A stretch of DNA of 64,000 bases from Anthoceros angustus (lineage: Eukaryota > Plantae > Anthocerotophyta), in assembly GCA_010909165.1 (NCBI GenBank), contig MU008158.1:370581-434580 (forward strand). Reading direction: 5' to 3'. The position numbers and the translations under genes were made by a program. How positions within the stretch are numbered: the stretch's first letter is position 1; every line of letters begins with the position of its first letter. This document shows, in pieces, positions 26,514 to 39,900 of the stretch. Below the pieces are notes generated by a model. The model saw only the letters and a list, made by a program, of their open reading frames with translations. It had not been told where the DNA came from and did not search any database.

Positions 26514-27197
26514 CAGTGATCCGCCCCTTCCTCATGGTGGTGAAGCAGGCTCTCGTCCTCCCGCTTGTATGCGTGTGCACATGTATACTCCCACATGTGA
26601 AGGCGGAGGCTTGATTCCACTCAAAGCATGGCTTGTTGGTAGCAGCGCACAATGCTGCGACGTTTGCCATCTCATATGCAGCGTAATCGAGAAGGGCTCG
26701 GCGGCTCGATGGCCTTCATCGGATGAGCCGCGGAGTTACCTGAGCCCTTTGGGCGGGCCGATGCGATTACCATCGACTTTCCTCGGACATTATGCTTCCT
26801 CTTCAACAACTCGCGACAACGGCATGCGGTGTTGACCGACCTTGTAAGAAGGTGCGAGACAAGACCAATCCAAACAACTAACTCACCACGTCCGGTAACT
26901 TGTCACCTTAAGCCAAAAAGTGCAACCGTCAGCCTGCCCTCACCGCCGGGACCATTGAGATGGTTCGGTGCATACTAAAGCGCATAGCCATAACTTGGGC
27001 GTGAAGATGCTAGTCTCCGCCAAACCCAATGTGCAGTGTCCAGTGGTCTTGGTATTAAGTCCCGACACCGATTCGCTCCCACATTCCCTCGATCTTGTCC
27101 CGTATTCGCCACCCTTGCAGACATCTTAGGTCCCGGGTTCCTTACCGTGAGATCCTAGGACCAATCTCCCATGGCAGCGACTTGGCGAAATGGGCCC

Positions 27198-30100
27198 TGT
27201 GGACTACGGACTTCCTTGGGGTTAGAAAATAGGTAGGGTTTTGTTTTTGTAGGAGTAAAGGATAAAATGAGGCGAAGGGGAAATAAGCATGGATAGCACT
27301 CGGACTCGGGTATACTCGGACTCGGAGTGAGAGCGTACCGGACCTACTATGGTAGGCGCCACAAGTCGGACCCACTCGGACCAGGCGGGATAAATCGCCG
27401 AAAGTAACTCGGAGTTGGCGTAGGAGCGGACGGCGCGCCACGTGGGCGAACAGTGGAGAGCAGGCATCGGTGGCGGACCGTAACCTTGCGAGGCCGTTAT
27501 AGCGGTATTCACGCCCGCTGCGCGGCGGCGTAAACAGTGCAGGCGTAAGGCGAGTAAGCGGGCGTAAGGTCGAGAATAAGCCATGCGGACCTCTGGCGAT
27601 TCAGACGAGGGCCCCTCAGCCCGGTTACTCGAGGCGGCGAAGGAAGGTCATTTCGTTGCGTGACCTCGAGACAATTCTCGCGATCTCTTGCGCTCCATGA
27701 TCCGGCTCTCTGGCGGTATCTCGTTGGACACTCGGCGTCTTGGCAGCTCACCGTTGAGGTCGGGCGTGACAGCGGCGGGCGCAGCGTGCCGGTCTCGACA
27801 AGCGGCTCGGCAACCAAGGAGGAGAAGGCGATGGCACCCAAAAGCCTGCGGAAGTTTGGGAGCCATGGAACCTTGTGGGCGCAACATTGTGACTCGGCGC
27901 TATCCGGACTTTGGGCCACAGCTCCGAGGCGGAGAATTGGTGCGGGAGTGGCATTTGGATGTGTTCGGATAGTGCGGACATTCGATAGTGTCACTCTGGT
28001 CAGGAGTTCGCCGGAAAATCTTGGCGGTCAATAAGGAGGTGCGGTCAAGAACCTCGGGAGGACCAAGGCGATGGACCTTGGAGGTCTGAGGCCTAACCGC
28101 CCAAAGGAGGAAGAGGGAGTGGTGCGGGCCCCTCAAGGCGAAGAAGATAGGGCCCGACACGGCGATCTTTGAGGCACAGGGCCGGACCACCTGTGGTTGG
28201 GCGATATCGACTGTTGGACGGTCGAGTAAGGCGGTAGCCGGATCATTATCACTGGAACCTACTCACCAAGGTGGATCACCTTGGTGATAATCTGATAGTA
28301 TTCTGCATGCTTGTTGCGGGGAAGAAGGCGGAGGAAGGATTATTTTCGCCGGTTTAGCGGAGGCTCAAGCTCGGGGCCAGAAGCCTTCGCCATTTGTCCC
28401 CATGCACGATCCATGTATGGGGGCATTTGAGCTCCTCAGGAAGGAGAGCTTGGCGCTCGGAAAGGGGGAGGCCTGCCGTGGAGGCGGCGGGAGGAGGCCG
28501 ATCGTCAGCCAAGCGGACCGGGAGGAGGCGGCGGGAGGATTCCGGACTCCATACGTGCAGAGCGGACCCCTCACCACCCGAGTATGGGAAGAAATTCCTT
28601 CCCTCCTCGTGCCCCAACCGGGCGGCCGATCCGGCGAGGCGGCCCAGGCCCGCCACGGCCACAACTCCCGGTGAGGCCGGGAGGAGGCGAAGGCGCAAGA
28701 CCACGGCTGGCAGCGGCACCTCGGTCGGTGCAGTACCCTACCCTTGCGGGTGAAGCGGAGGAAGCGATGGGAGGCGAGAAAGGGGCCGGGAGGCGGAGGA
28801 CAGCGGCGGAGCAGTCATCGCCCGGCGGAAGGGGCAAAAGGCTTGCTCCGGACTCCCTCACCTCCTCCGAGCCGGGAGAAAAGGCGGAGAAGGGCTCGCG
28901 GCCAAAAGGGCCAAGGGAGCTCGGGAGCTCGGCCTCGGGACCTAAGGGTCTGATTAGGTCGAGAACCAGTCGGACTTACTCGGACGGTATGGAGGTCCTT
29001 GGCGGACCGTGAGATGCAGCTCCGCTACGGACTTTGTGGGAGCCTCACCGGCCGTGGAAGAAACACGCGGGTCCAGCTACCGTCATGGACGGTATGCTGA
29101 GGTCTCGGGATGGCCGAGAAGACCCGGAGGTAGAAGCCACCGGGCGCATGGTACTCCTCCGAGGCGGTTGGAGGAGCCGGAGGCGAGAAGGAAGGCAGCT
29201 CTCGGCCGGATTGAGAGAAGCCGGGAGGCGAGAGGAGGTCTGGTCCATCCGCAGGCCGGACCAAATTCCCTTTTGGAGGAGCAAGTGGAGGCGGCCCAGG
29301 CCCAGCGGCGGAGGACCTCTGCAGGCGGGAGGTGGCCAAGGAGGCGGCCGGGCGCAAGCGAGCAGGCGGGACTGGAGGCGGCCGGCGACAGGAGAGGCTC
29401 GGTGAAGGTGGCCAGGAGGCGGAGGCCACAGGCCGATCGCGATCACTATCGTGATCGGGCCGGTGGAGGGAGAGCCGCCAATGCCGGCGGTGGCGGAGCA
29501 ACAAGCGAGCAGGCGGAGGCGGTGAGAGAGCCGCAAATCGGGGACCTCGGTAGTACAGGGGAGGAGGCGGCGGAGATGGAGGCGGGAGGACACCTTGGGT
29601 TACAACTCCAAGGCAGCGTCGGGCACAAGGAATTCTCAATGGGAGAATCCGGGACTTGACGGAGATAGGCGCCTCGGCTCACGAAGATGGAGGCGGGAGG
29701 TGGCGGAGCAGGCGGACCCGGGCCAAGTTCGTGACAAGGAGATGGAGGATCTCGGACTCGGCTCGGAGGTGGAAGCGGCGGCGGCCGTGGAAGAAACACG
29801 GCGGGTCACAGCTACCGTCATGGACGGTATGCTGCAGGGGTCTCTGGGATGGCGAGAAGACCCGGAGGTAGAAGCCACCGGGCGCATGGTACTCCTCCGA
29901 GGCGGTTGGAGGAGCCGGAGGCGAAGGAAGGCCCGGCTCGGCGGATTGAGGAGGAGGAGGCGGAGGCGAGAGGAGTCTGGTCCATCCGCAGGCCGGACCA
30001 AATTCCTTCAGTGGAGGCGGTGAGAGGCCAAGCGGCAGGCGGAGGACCTCTGCGGGCGCGGCCGGCGAGGAGGCGGAGGCGAGGAGGCCGGGAGGCGGCG

Positions 30101-32409
30101 GCCCGACCGACGAGCCAAGGCTGGAGGCTCGGTGAAGGCCAGGAGGCGGAGGCCACAGGCGATCGCGATCACTATCGTGATCGGGCCGGTGGAGGGAGGC
30201 GGTGAGAGCCAGCCAATCGAAGGCCGGCGGTGGCGGAGCAAGCAGACGACGTCGGCTCTTGGAGGCAGCAGGAAATCGGGGACCTCGGGCGCGGCAGGGA
30301 GTAGAAGGAGGCGGGAGTTGGAGGGAGCAAGGACACCTTGGGTTACAACTCCAAGGCAGCGTCGGGCAACAAGGAATTCTCAATGGGAGAATCCGGGACT
30401 TGACGGAGATAGGCGCCTCGGCTCACGAAGATGGAGGCGGGGAGGTGGCGGAGCAGCCGGACCAGCCAGGCCAAGAAGTTCGCGAGGAGATGGAGGACCT
30501 CCGGACTCGGCTCCGGGAGGTGGCAGCGGCGGAGATGGAGGACCGCAAGGAGACTTTGGGCTGCGGCTCAAACTATCATTGAGAGGAATGGTAGTGCGGG
30601 ACATGGTCGCGGGCAGCTCGGCTCGGCTCTGTTGGCGAGTCGATGGCGATGGAGCAGGGGAGGCGGGGCGTCGCCGAGATGGAGAAGGCTGGGCGAAGCC
30701 GCGGTTTGCGATGTTGCCCGGCCGTGGAGGCGGGAGATGGCGGAGTTAACGGCGGAATGGACAAGGAGGCGGACAAAATTCTGGTCGGTGAGGAAGTCGG
30801 AAGGGGCAGCTGCGTTATGGCGGGCAAGGCTGGCGTGAGCAGGAGGCGGAGGAGTTGGAGCAAGTGGAACCGACGGTGCGGGGAGGTGGCCAAGGAGGCG
30901 AAGGAGATAGGCGCCTCGGCTCCGGCTATCAAACTTGGCGGGGAGGTGGAGCAACAAGCGGGGCAGGCTCGGCTCCGGAGCACCTATGGCGAAGGGAGTA
31001 TCGGTGCTCGGGCGCCGTGGAAGAGCAATCCGGCAAGTGGATTCGGACTTTGCCTATTACCACCGAGCTCCACAGGCGGTAGAGGCCTCTCGCCAGCTGC
31101 AAATAGGCGGACCCTGGAAGGCTCGGAGGGAAGAAGGGCAGGCACAGGGGACCCTAGGGGCCTGTTTGGAGCAACAGCGTGAAGGAGCCCAAGAGGAGGC
31201 GGGCCGGACCCCAGGTAAGTTCACCACCACCCGATCCAGGAGAAGGGGTGAGGGCTGCGGGGTGCAAGGGGGCCAAGACCAAGACAAGGTCGGGGGTAAG
31301 GAGGAGGACCTAGCGATCTGAGGTCCCACGGAAGGGGTCGGAGCTTGGGGATCGGACCCGTGTAATCACGGACCACGAGGTCCGAACCCGGCAGGCGGAC
31401 CCGGCCCGGGAAATAAACGGACCCTTGGGTTGAGGCTCGGGGTCGAGACGGACCTCGAGGTCGGACTCCGGATGAGGAGCCGACTTCGCTAGAGAATGGC
31501 CGGTGGCCCAGGAGGACCACAGGAAGGCGAGGAGGATGACGTTGTAGTGGCGGTCGTCGGACCGCCGCGTGTAACTGACAGGATTCGGGAGAAAGGAGGG
31601 TCCGCCTCGCGGATCATCCGATTAGGTGCGCCGCTTGTCGAGCGGAGATTGGACCACCAATCCCAAAGGCGGAACTCGGGACCTTCAGCCACCGTGAAGG
31701 AGATAGGGGAAGGGAATAGGATGGTGGCGGCCGATTAGGGCATCTTGGTGGCCGTCGGCTCGAGAATAGGGGTGTAATAAAGGCGCCGACAGGCGTAGTA
31801 TAAGAGGGCTGGGGGCTGCCCTGAATAAATCATCTTTTCCTTGGTGTTGATGCCGCGTTCTTGCAGACCTTGTGTGTCTTCTTGATAACGCGAGTCTGAG
31901 TCAGCGGCCGAGCACGGCAGCTCGGAGGATCGATCGGGGTCTGGTAGCGGACCTAACGTGTTGTGGTGTGTGCGGGGAAGGGTGGCCCGGGACCCGTGCT
32001 CGTCGAGCAGCGGCCCAGCCGAGAGGCCGGGCATGTGGCCGGAGGGACTTGGAGGCGTCTGAGCCGGACGGAGAGGCCAGTGGAGCAGCGGAGGAGGTCG
32101 GCCAACCAGCGTCTTTCTTAAGGCGATAAGTGTAGTGTGAGTGGAGAGGAGCGGACGAGAGGTGTGAGAGGCGAGCAGGAACAAAGCAGGGCCTTGACAG
32201 GTCCTTAAGCGTTTGGCCATACCGGCTGTCGGTGTTGTCATGAGTAGTTAGATGTGAACTAAGGTGTGTGTGTGTTGGGGGCGGGCGGACGCAAAGTAAG
32301 GCGATGCTTTGAAGCCAAAGCAGTCTGTCATTCCCTTGAGGAGCGAACTCCTTCCTAGCGACCACGGGATTGTCTTGGCCGGTGGCCGTCGGCAAAAGTC
32401 GCGCCACGA
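27198..32409 (+). mobile_element. ~5.2 kb TGTGG...CCAC(G)A solo-LTR-like unit with a decayed internal ORF
   Basis: Same ends as 12896-20323. The flanks ggccc / ggcac match at 4 of 5 positions (probable TSD). AATAAA lies about 620 bp before the right end. Confidence 0.7.
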
Positions 32410-32859
32410 GGCACATTCCATGATCAGTGTCCATGTCCAGTTGCGGGCCTACAAACAAGAAATGTCGTCTTGATATCTCAATCGCCATGTCGATGGGTGG
32501 GATGACTTTTTCAAGAAACATGTAAAGGCGGGTGCGGTTGCCCGAGCAATTTGATGTCGTAGCCCTCTTTGGTCCGATCTATTTCATGGTTGCTTCGAGG
32601 ATATCCCCAGTGCCGCCACGGGTGGCCTTCACTCTCCATACTACGGATGACTCGAGACACCGCCCCTTGTGCTCGGGTGACCCTCATCTTGTCGTGCCAC
32701 GCTTGGTGTCTTTGGGCCCGCCGTCCCCTTTGGAGGAGGAGAATTCATTGACATACGGACCCTTTGCAAGATGTCTTTGGCGTCAAGGCTTCCATTCCAT
32801 GTATAATGTTACCGCTCCCTTACCGGTCAGGAGAATCGGTATCTGCGACTCTGGGGCTC

Positions 32860-35800
32860 CTCACCATACTGAGAAAGGTACCACATAGCAGACGGTAGGA
32901 TGAATGCCATATTCAAATTTGTCCAGAGTGCCCTACTTCCTCCTGGTAACACGTTGCCCGGTAGTCGAGGGGAGGCTCGAAAGATCCTCCAGTCAATTGG
33001 ATAGGGTTGTCACCGAATCCCAGCATGTGTAAAAGGGTGTATGCTCGCATGGGGATCCCATTGCAAGTGTGGGGAACCATTTTACAGGGAAAAGAAGGCA
33101 AGGCGTAGTGCCCGGTCGGTGAAGACCTTGTTTTATTTCCGGTCAGAGCGCATCCTGCGGATGTTAGTTGTCCCAAGCTTGCAAAGAACGACATGGTTTA
33201 GTAGGCACCGTAGTGTGAATGGTGACATCAGAATTATGGCTGATACTCCGGCATGGGCCCGTTTGGACGAGGTTGATAACTTCGGTGGGGAGGACAGGAA
33301 CATTCGCTTCTCCATCTCGACTGACGGATTCAATCCTAGCGGACACCGTTTAAGTGCATATTCCATATGGCCAGTTATGCTGGTTATTAATAATCTTCCG
33401 CCATGGTTGGCCATAAAGAAGGCGTCCTCGCGATAATCCCCAGTCCCACACGCCAACATGGGCGTTTATGGAGCCCTTCTTGGATGAGCTCGCAAGTTTG
33501 TGGGGCGGTGTCATCATGGATCATTCCACCACGGAAGATCAAAGAGGCGTTCCCTGCTGATTCAAGCCACTTGCGACTATCTGGTTTAGGCAACTTGTTT
33601 GGGCTGCAAGTCAAGGGTTATCGGGCATGCTTTGAATGTGGATCGAATTGGATGCAAGATGGTCGGATGCTTTGGACAAAATTTTGTATCTTGTAGCCGA
33701 TGGAGCCCTACAACTGCGAGGCAGGCGGCGCCGTGCAAGTGAGGCATTCAACAATGCTTGAGCTTCGCCCTCCCGCGGGCGGTGGATGTAGCCAGTGGCG
33801 GCGAGATGGCAGCAGTGGGGCGTCGGATCTGTGACCGGGCCATGCCGGCGGTAAAATGAGACAATCAATGTTCTTCATAAAGCTGCCATACACAGTTGGT
33901 AATAATGCTTAACCCTGGCTTTACCCTAGGCCACAGTGCACAACATTGTTCTTGCTCTTGCTAGTTTCCCTAATGATCCACAGGAGCCTAATCCTTGGTT
34001 TCCCCGAGTGCGAGGCCATAGAAAGCGTGGGTGAAAGACGTAATGCACGTCGAGGTCAATAACGCCCAGGCGGTGTGGAAGGTTATCACCGGGCAATGGG
34101 ATACGGCCCGCTGCCGCATCGACATGCAAGCATTAGACTCGAAGCCCTGGCTTTGGCCAGTGGAGGATGGTGAAAAATTGGCTTTGCGGCTTCATATGTT
34201 ACATCCAAAGATCGGTGGGCATGAAGGCCCAAATTTGCCGGATCAAGCCAGCGGGTTTGAACAAACTTAAAGGCGTGCTTCGGTTGGAAAGTTCGGCGAA
34301 GAGCCACGGTAGCACCTTTATTGCAATATTACTTCCCGATGGTCTTGAAGGGCAACTTGAATGACCTAGAGTATAGCCTCATCGTGAGGCTGGCTTCTCT
34401 ATATCGGTGGATATGTCAACACCGGATAAACATGGCAGAGATATCGGGTATGCGCACAGAGGCAATTGACATTTTGATCGGTTTGGAGCAGCACATGCCG
34501 TCCAATTTCTGGAATATAATGCAGCACCTCATTGTGTGGTTGTGAGGTAGCCACCATACATCCCTGGCAGGTGGATGTACCCGATGGAATGGTTTATGCT
34601 AGTCCTCAAGCGCCACGTTCGAAATCGCTCAAGGGGAGGCGGCATGTGCCGGGCATCTCCTCATGGAAGCAATGCACTATCTTTGGAGAGTACATGGCCA
34701 AGCACCACCTTTGCAAGGGATTTTACAAACAAGCCAACAAGCGACACAGTAATCCGATTGGAAAACCCGGAGATAAAACTTGGGCGAGATGATCACAAGG
34801 CGCATTGGTTCTTGTTACTCCATTCGGAACATTAGAATAACGAGAACGATGCAGCGGAGGGAGACCGACCCAACTTCATGGGTGGTTACAACACTTGGAA
34901 AGTGGGTCAATGACCCAGAGTATGAAGATATTGAGGCCTTGGCCCGGGGACCCCGTTTATATGGCAAGGCATATCGAGGTCTTGACACAAGGGGTTACCA
35001 TTTTCGCACTGTAGAGGCCGACGGAAACAGGCGGGCAACACAGGACAGTTGGGTTCACGGGCAGTTCGCGTTGGAAAGGTGTGGAACGGAGCTGGAATAT
35101 TTTGGCCGAATCAAGGACATCTTGGAGGCTGAATTCGTCGGCGACACACTAAGCGTGTTTGTATTCAAAGTGGAATGGTTTGAGTGTGATCCCAACAAGC
35201 GGCGCACTTGGAAAGTGGGTCAATGACCAGTATGAAGATATTGAGGCCTTGGCAGGGGACCCCGTTATATGGCAAGGCATATCGAGGTCTTGACACAAGG
35301 GGTTACCATTTTCGCCTTTATGGTAAGCGGAAGCGAGTGAGCAACACGAGAATGATTGGGTTCACAGGCGATTCGCGTTGGAAAGGTGTGGCAGGCGGGA
35401 ATATTTTGGCGAATCAAGGACATCTTGGAGCTGAATTAATTCGGCGACACACTAAGCGTGTTTGTATTCAAAGTGGAATGGTTTGAGTGTGATCCCAACA
35501 AGCGACACAGTAATCCGATTGGAAAACCCGGAGATAAAACTTGGGCGAGATGATCACAAGGCGCATTGGTTCTTGTTACTCCATTCGGAACATTAGAATA
35601 ACGAGAACGATGCAGCGGAGGGAGACCGACCCAACTTCATGGGTGGTTACAAGCGGCGCACTTGGAAAGTGGGTCAATGACCAGTATGAAGATATTGAGG
35701 CCTTGGCAGGGGACCCCGTTATATGGCAAGGCATATCGAGGTCTTGACACAAGGGGTTACCATTTTCGCCTTTATGGTAAGCGGAAGCGAGTGAGCAACA

Positions 35801-36170
35801 CGAGAATGATTGGGTTCCGGGCGATTCGCGTTGGAAAGGTGTGGAAGGGCGGGAATATTTTGGCCGAATCAAGGACATCTTGGAGGCTGAATTCGTCGGC
35901 GACACACTAAGCGTGTTTGTATTCAAAGTGGAATGGTTTGAGTGTGATCCCAACAAGCGGCCACTGTCTTTGGAGGTGGATGACTCCGGTTTCATGGCAG
36001 TTGACACAAGGAGGCCGTTTAGGTATGGGCGGCAACACCAGTCCGGCCCGTGGGAGTTTCCGCTGCACCTGCGTCAAGTGTTGACACATCCCGATCCAGG
36101 CCGTCCCGGATGGGCGATTTGCACCCCAATTCCGTCACGGTTCGAACGGATGGAAGAATTGTTGGAGTGA
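32860..36170 (+). mobile_element. CACTA/EnSpm transposase (Tnp2/Transposase_21, DUF4218 and DUF4216 regions), pseudogenised, with internal duplications
   Basis: LLPPGNTLPGSRGEARKIL; ADTPAWARLD..RNIRFSISTDGFNP..YSIWPVMLVINNLPPW; DVMHVEVN; LEQHMPSNFWNIMQHLIV; MYPMEWFMLVLKRHVRNR; YFGRIKDILE..VFVFKVEWF. Confidence 0.9.
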
Positions 36171-36968
36171 TGTTGGCCGTAGCTGGACTTGTAATCATAA
36201 CCATAATACACTTGTGTGTGTCGTGAGCACCTGAACGTTGGCGTCACGCGTAATTCATCCAGTCTTTAGTGCAAATTGTCTCACGCTCCATGACTGCAGG
36301 TCATTGCGCTTGTCTTGGGTGATGGAGTCTTGAGCGGAGGCGTCCTCCGATGGCTGCGGGACCCAAGCGGTGAGGAGGCAGCGATGTGTGGCCAAGCAAC
36401 AAGCAAATCGTGAATCGACTGCGATGGCGGCTTCTTGTCATCGACTTGGTGAAGTTTGCCTCGGCCCTATGGCCTACCAATTGGAAAAGACATGTCAATG
36501 TGTTGGGAGGAATCATATGCGGATGTGGACGACTTGAGACTAGGCAGAGACACGGATGTATGGTTTGGGCGCTTGCGATCTTTGAGTGCGCTGGACAACT
36601 TGTCATGAGTTTGCCGCATACGGGACAATGTTGTGCCCAACACACTTTCGACGATGGTGGGGGCGGCAAGCGGGAGCAATGAACCTGATGAAGCGAACCA
36701 CGGACCATACAGCTATGGAACCAAGAACACGGGTAGCGTAGCAGGTTACATGTAGATCTCGTTTGTCTGCGGCCGGATGTAGAAATTGTGGTGCCTAGAT
36801 TTGTGTGACGATTTCTCATCGTCCTCTTACAGCGATGTATTCCACTAGGCATGCAATGCAATCAAATTGTATTTCGGCAATCACGGGCAAAAGGCTATTG
36901 CACAGTTTGAATGCAATGGGCTATGAAGAGTTCAAATTGAGTGTGGAGCGTAAAGGAGTGAGAAGAAG

Positions 36969-39900
36969 TGTGGCGCGACTTTCGCTGATGGCCAGCCGGG
37001 CGCGCACAATCCCGTGTCGTTGTAGGAAGAAGTCCGTTCCCAAGGGAATGATAGGCTCCGTTTGCCGCGTTTCAGGTGATTCTTACCTCGCTTTCTCGTT
37101 GACCTCCTCGCCTAACTACCATAGCGTTCACCGTCTGAGGCCGGTATGGCCAAGCGTTTAGGGACCGTTCGCGTCCGTGTATCGTTCACATTCGTCACTC
37201 ACACTTCGGTCCTTTCCTCTCTCACTCACGCTACACTCATCGGTCTTAGGAAAAAGGCGGGTTACGATCCGGACCTCCTCGTCGTTCATGGGCCTCTCCG
37301 TCCGCTCTGCCGCCCTCCGAGTTCCTCCGGCTCACGTTCGATCCGTTCGGTCTTTGGGTGCGGCTCGGGCGAGCACGGGTCACGATCACCCTTCCCTGCG
37401 CACACCACAACACGTTAGGTCCGTCACGGGACCACGATCAATCTCCCGGGTGCACCTTTCGGTGACTCGGGACTCACGTTAGCAAGAAGACACACAAAGG
37501 TGCAGAGCGGCATCAACACCAAGAAAGATGATTTATTGCGCCTTAGCCCTCTTATACTACGCGAAGGTCGGCGCCTTTATTACACCTCTATTACGGTGAG
37601 GCCATTTCGGTGTGCCTAACGCCTACTACTCCTATTCCCCTTCTCCGCGGGTGGTGGGGTGGGATAGATTCCTTCTTGGCAAGCGAGCCTGTCATTGTGG
37701 CGCACAATCGGATGATCCGCGGGGCCCTTCCTCTTCCAGTGCAGCCGAGGTGCGCCGTGGCGGCGACAGCGATCACCACCAAGTCTTCCTCGTCCTCCCT
37801 CTTCTCTCTGGCGGGCCCTGCGCGATGGGCCCTCAAGTGGATCTGCTGGGGTTGGTGTTGGTGGCTCTCCCCACTCCCGAGTTTGGACCTCGGGACCTGT
37901 CTCGACTCGGTCAGGACCTCTGGGTCAGTCTTCCCTCAGGTCGGTCTCTGGCCCGGCCTTCTTTGAGTCAGGTCCTCGGGGCCGGACTTGCCTCACAGGT
38001 CGGTCTTGGACCCAACCCTTCCACAGGGTCCGGACCTCGAGTCGGATCGTCACTGAGTCTGGATCCCTAAGTCGGACTTCCTTGAGGCGGACCTCGGGAT
38101 CGGCCTTTCCTCGAGTCGGGACAAAGTCAGGACCCTCGCTCTGGGCATGCCTCCTCAGGGCTGGTCACGGGTTCATCCTGAGCCCTCCCTTGGTTCCCAG
38201 ATGCCCGGTTGCACCCTTTCCTTCCTCAAGATCCTCCCTCTTCCTTCCATGCGAGGTCTTGGAGTGCTTACCTCCTGTGCGACCCCTTCCTCCTCCGGTT
38301 CCTCCGGCTCTCCCTCGCGGCTGCTGCCGTCATCAAGCGCTCCTAGGACTCCCGGTTGTCTTGTCCCGGGTCCGTCCTCTCTCGCTCCTCCTTCCATCCT
38401 TGGAGTCCACCCTCCTGCCTGGGGTGGCGCGGGACCTCGAGCCTTGAGGAGCTCTGCGTGGTAGTAGGCGGTCGGAATCGACTTCTTTGAATCGCCTCCT
38501 CTACATGAGCCGGGCACGGTACTCCCTCCTCGAGGTGCTCGTGGCGGATCGCCCGGCCTTGGCCCGTCTCGTGGCCAAGCTTACGGTATGTGAGCGGACT
38601 CCCTTGAGGCCGTCAAGGCTGCCTCAGTTACCTCTTGCAACCTTCTTTGCTCGGCGTTCTCCTCCTCCGTCGTTGTTCCGGCTCACTTGATTTGCCATGG
38701 GTGAGCTCCCTCACTTCACCGCCGGGCAAGCTGTAGCCTCTCCTCCAGTGCTTTCTTCCCTCCGTCTATTCTTTCCCGGAGGTCCGCCACTTCCTTCTCC
38801 AGGCGGGCCGGTATTCCCGTCCGACTCCTAGCTTCCTCCACATCCCGCTGCAACCTTGCGACGTCGAACTCCTTGCACCGTCGCCTATTCTCCTCCGTCT
38901 TCAAGCGGAGCTGGAGGCGTTCTACCTCTCGCTCGAAGTCTTGGATTCTCTCGTTGAGAACCCCCTGCTGCTCCGATGCATCTTGGGTTGCAACTCCAAG
39001 GTGTCCTTGTCCTCCTCCTGCGCCCTTCTACCTCCTGCAGTGCACCACAGGTCCCCAATCTCCCGGGTCTTGGCCTCCGGCCTCCTCACGGCTCGTGCTT
39101 GCTCCATGACACTTGCTCGGCCTTGATTGGCGGCTCTCTCGGGCCTCCTCCACCGGTTCGATCCCGATAGTGATCGCGATCGGCCTTGGCCTCCGCCTCC
39201 TTGGCCACCTTCACAGGCCTCTCCGGCTTGGCTCTGGTCGTCGGCGCCTCCGCGGTCCGGCCGCTTGCGCCGGGCCTCTTGCTCTTCTGCGCTCGCCCTC
39301 TGCTGCGGAGGTCCTCGCCCGCGCTTGGGCCTCCTTGGCCCGGTTCCTCCGGTGAAGGAATTTAGTCCGGTCCTTGCGGATGGACCCTCCCTCTCGCCTC
39401 CGGCGTTTCCTTCCTCTGCCGAGCTTGGCCTTCCTTCTGCCTCCTCAGGCGCTCAGCCACAGGCTCCACCATCCTCCGGGTGGCCTACCTCCACAGGTCT
39501 TCTCGGCCATCCCATCCCAGGCATTCCGTCCATGGCGGTAGCAGGACCGTGTTTCTTCCACGGCCTGCAGTGAGGCTCCCACAAAGTCCGTGGGGGGGCA
39601 TCTCACATCGTCGAGGACCTCCATACCGGATCGGAGCAAGTCGGTGGGTTCTCGGACAATCGGGACCCTTAGGTCACGAGTGGTGTCTCGGAGCTTCCCC
39701 TCCTTGGCCCTTTTGGCGCTCCTTCTCGCCCTTTTCCTCCACAGGGCTCGGCGGAGGTGATGGAGTCAGGAGCACGCCCTTTGCCCCTTCACATGCGGCG
39801 GGGCCGGCTCTGGATCGGTGCTGCGGTGTCCTCCTGCTCACAGGCGGCGTCCCTTTACGCCCTCCTTCTGCTTCCTCCTTCTTGCCACTCGTCGGCGGGG

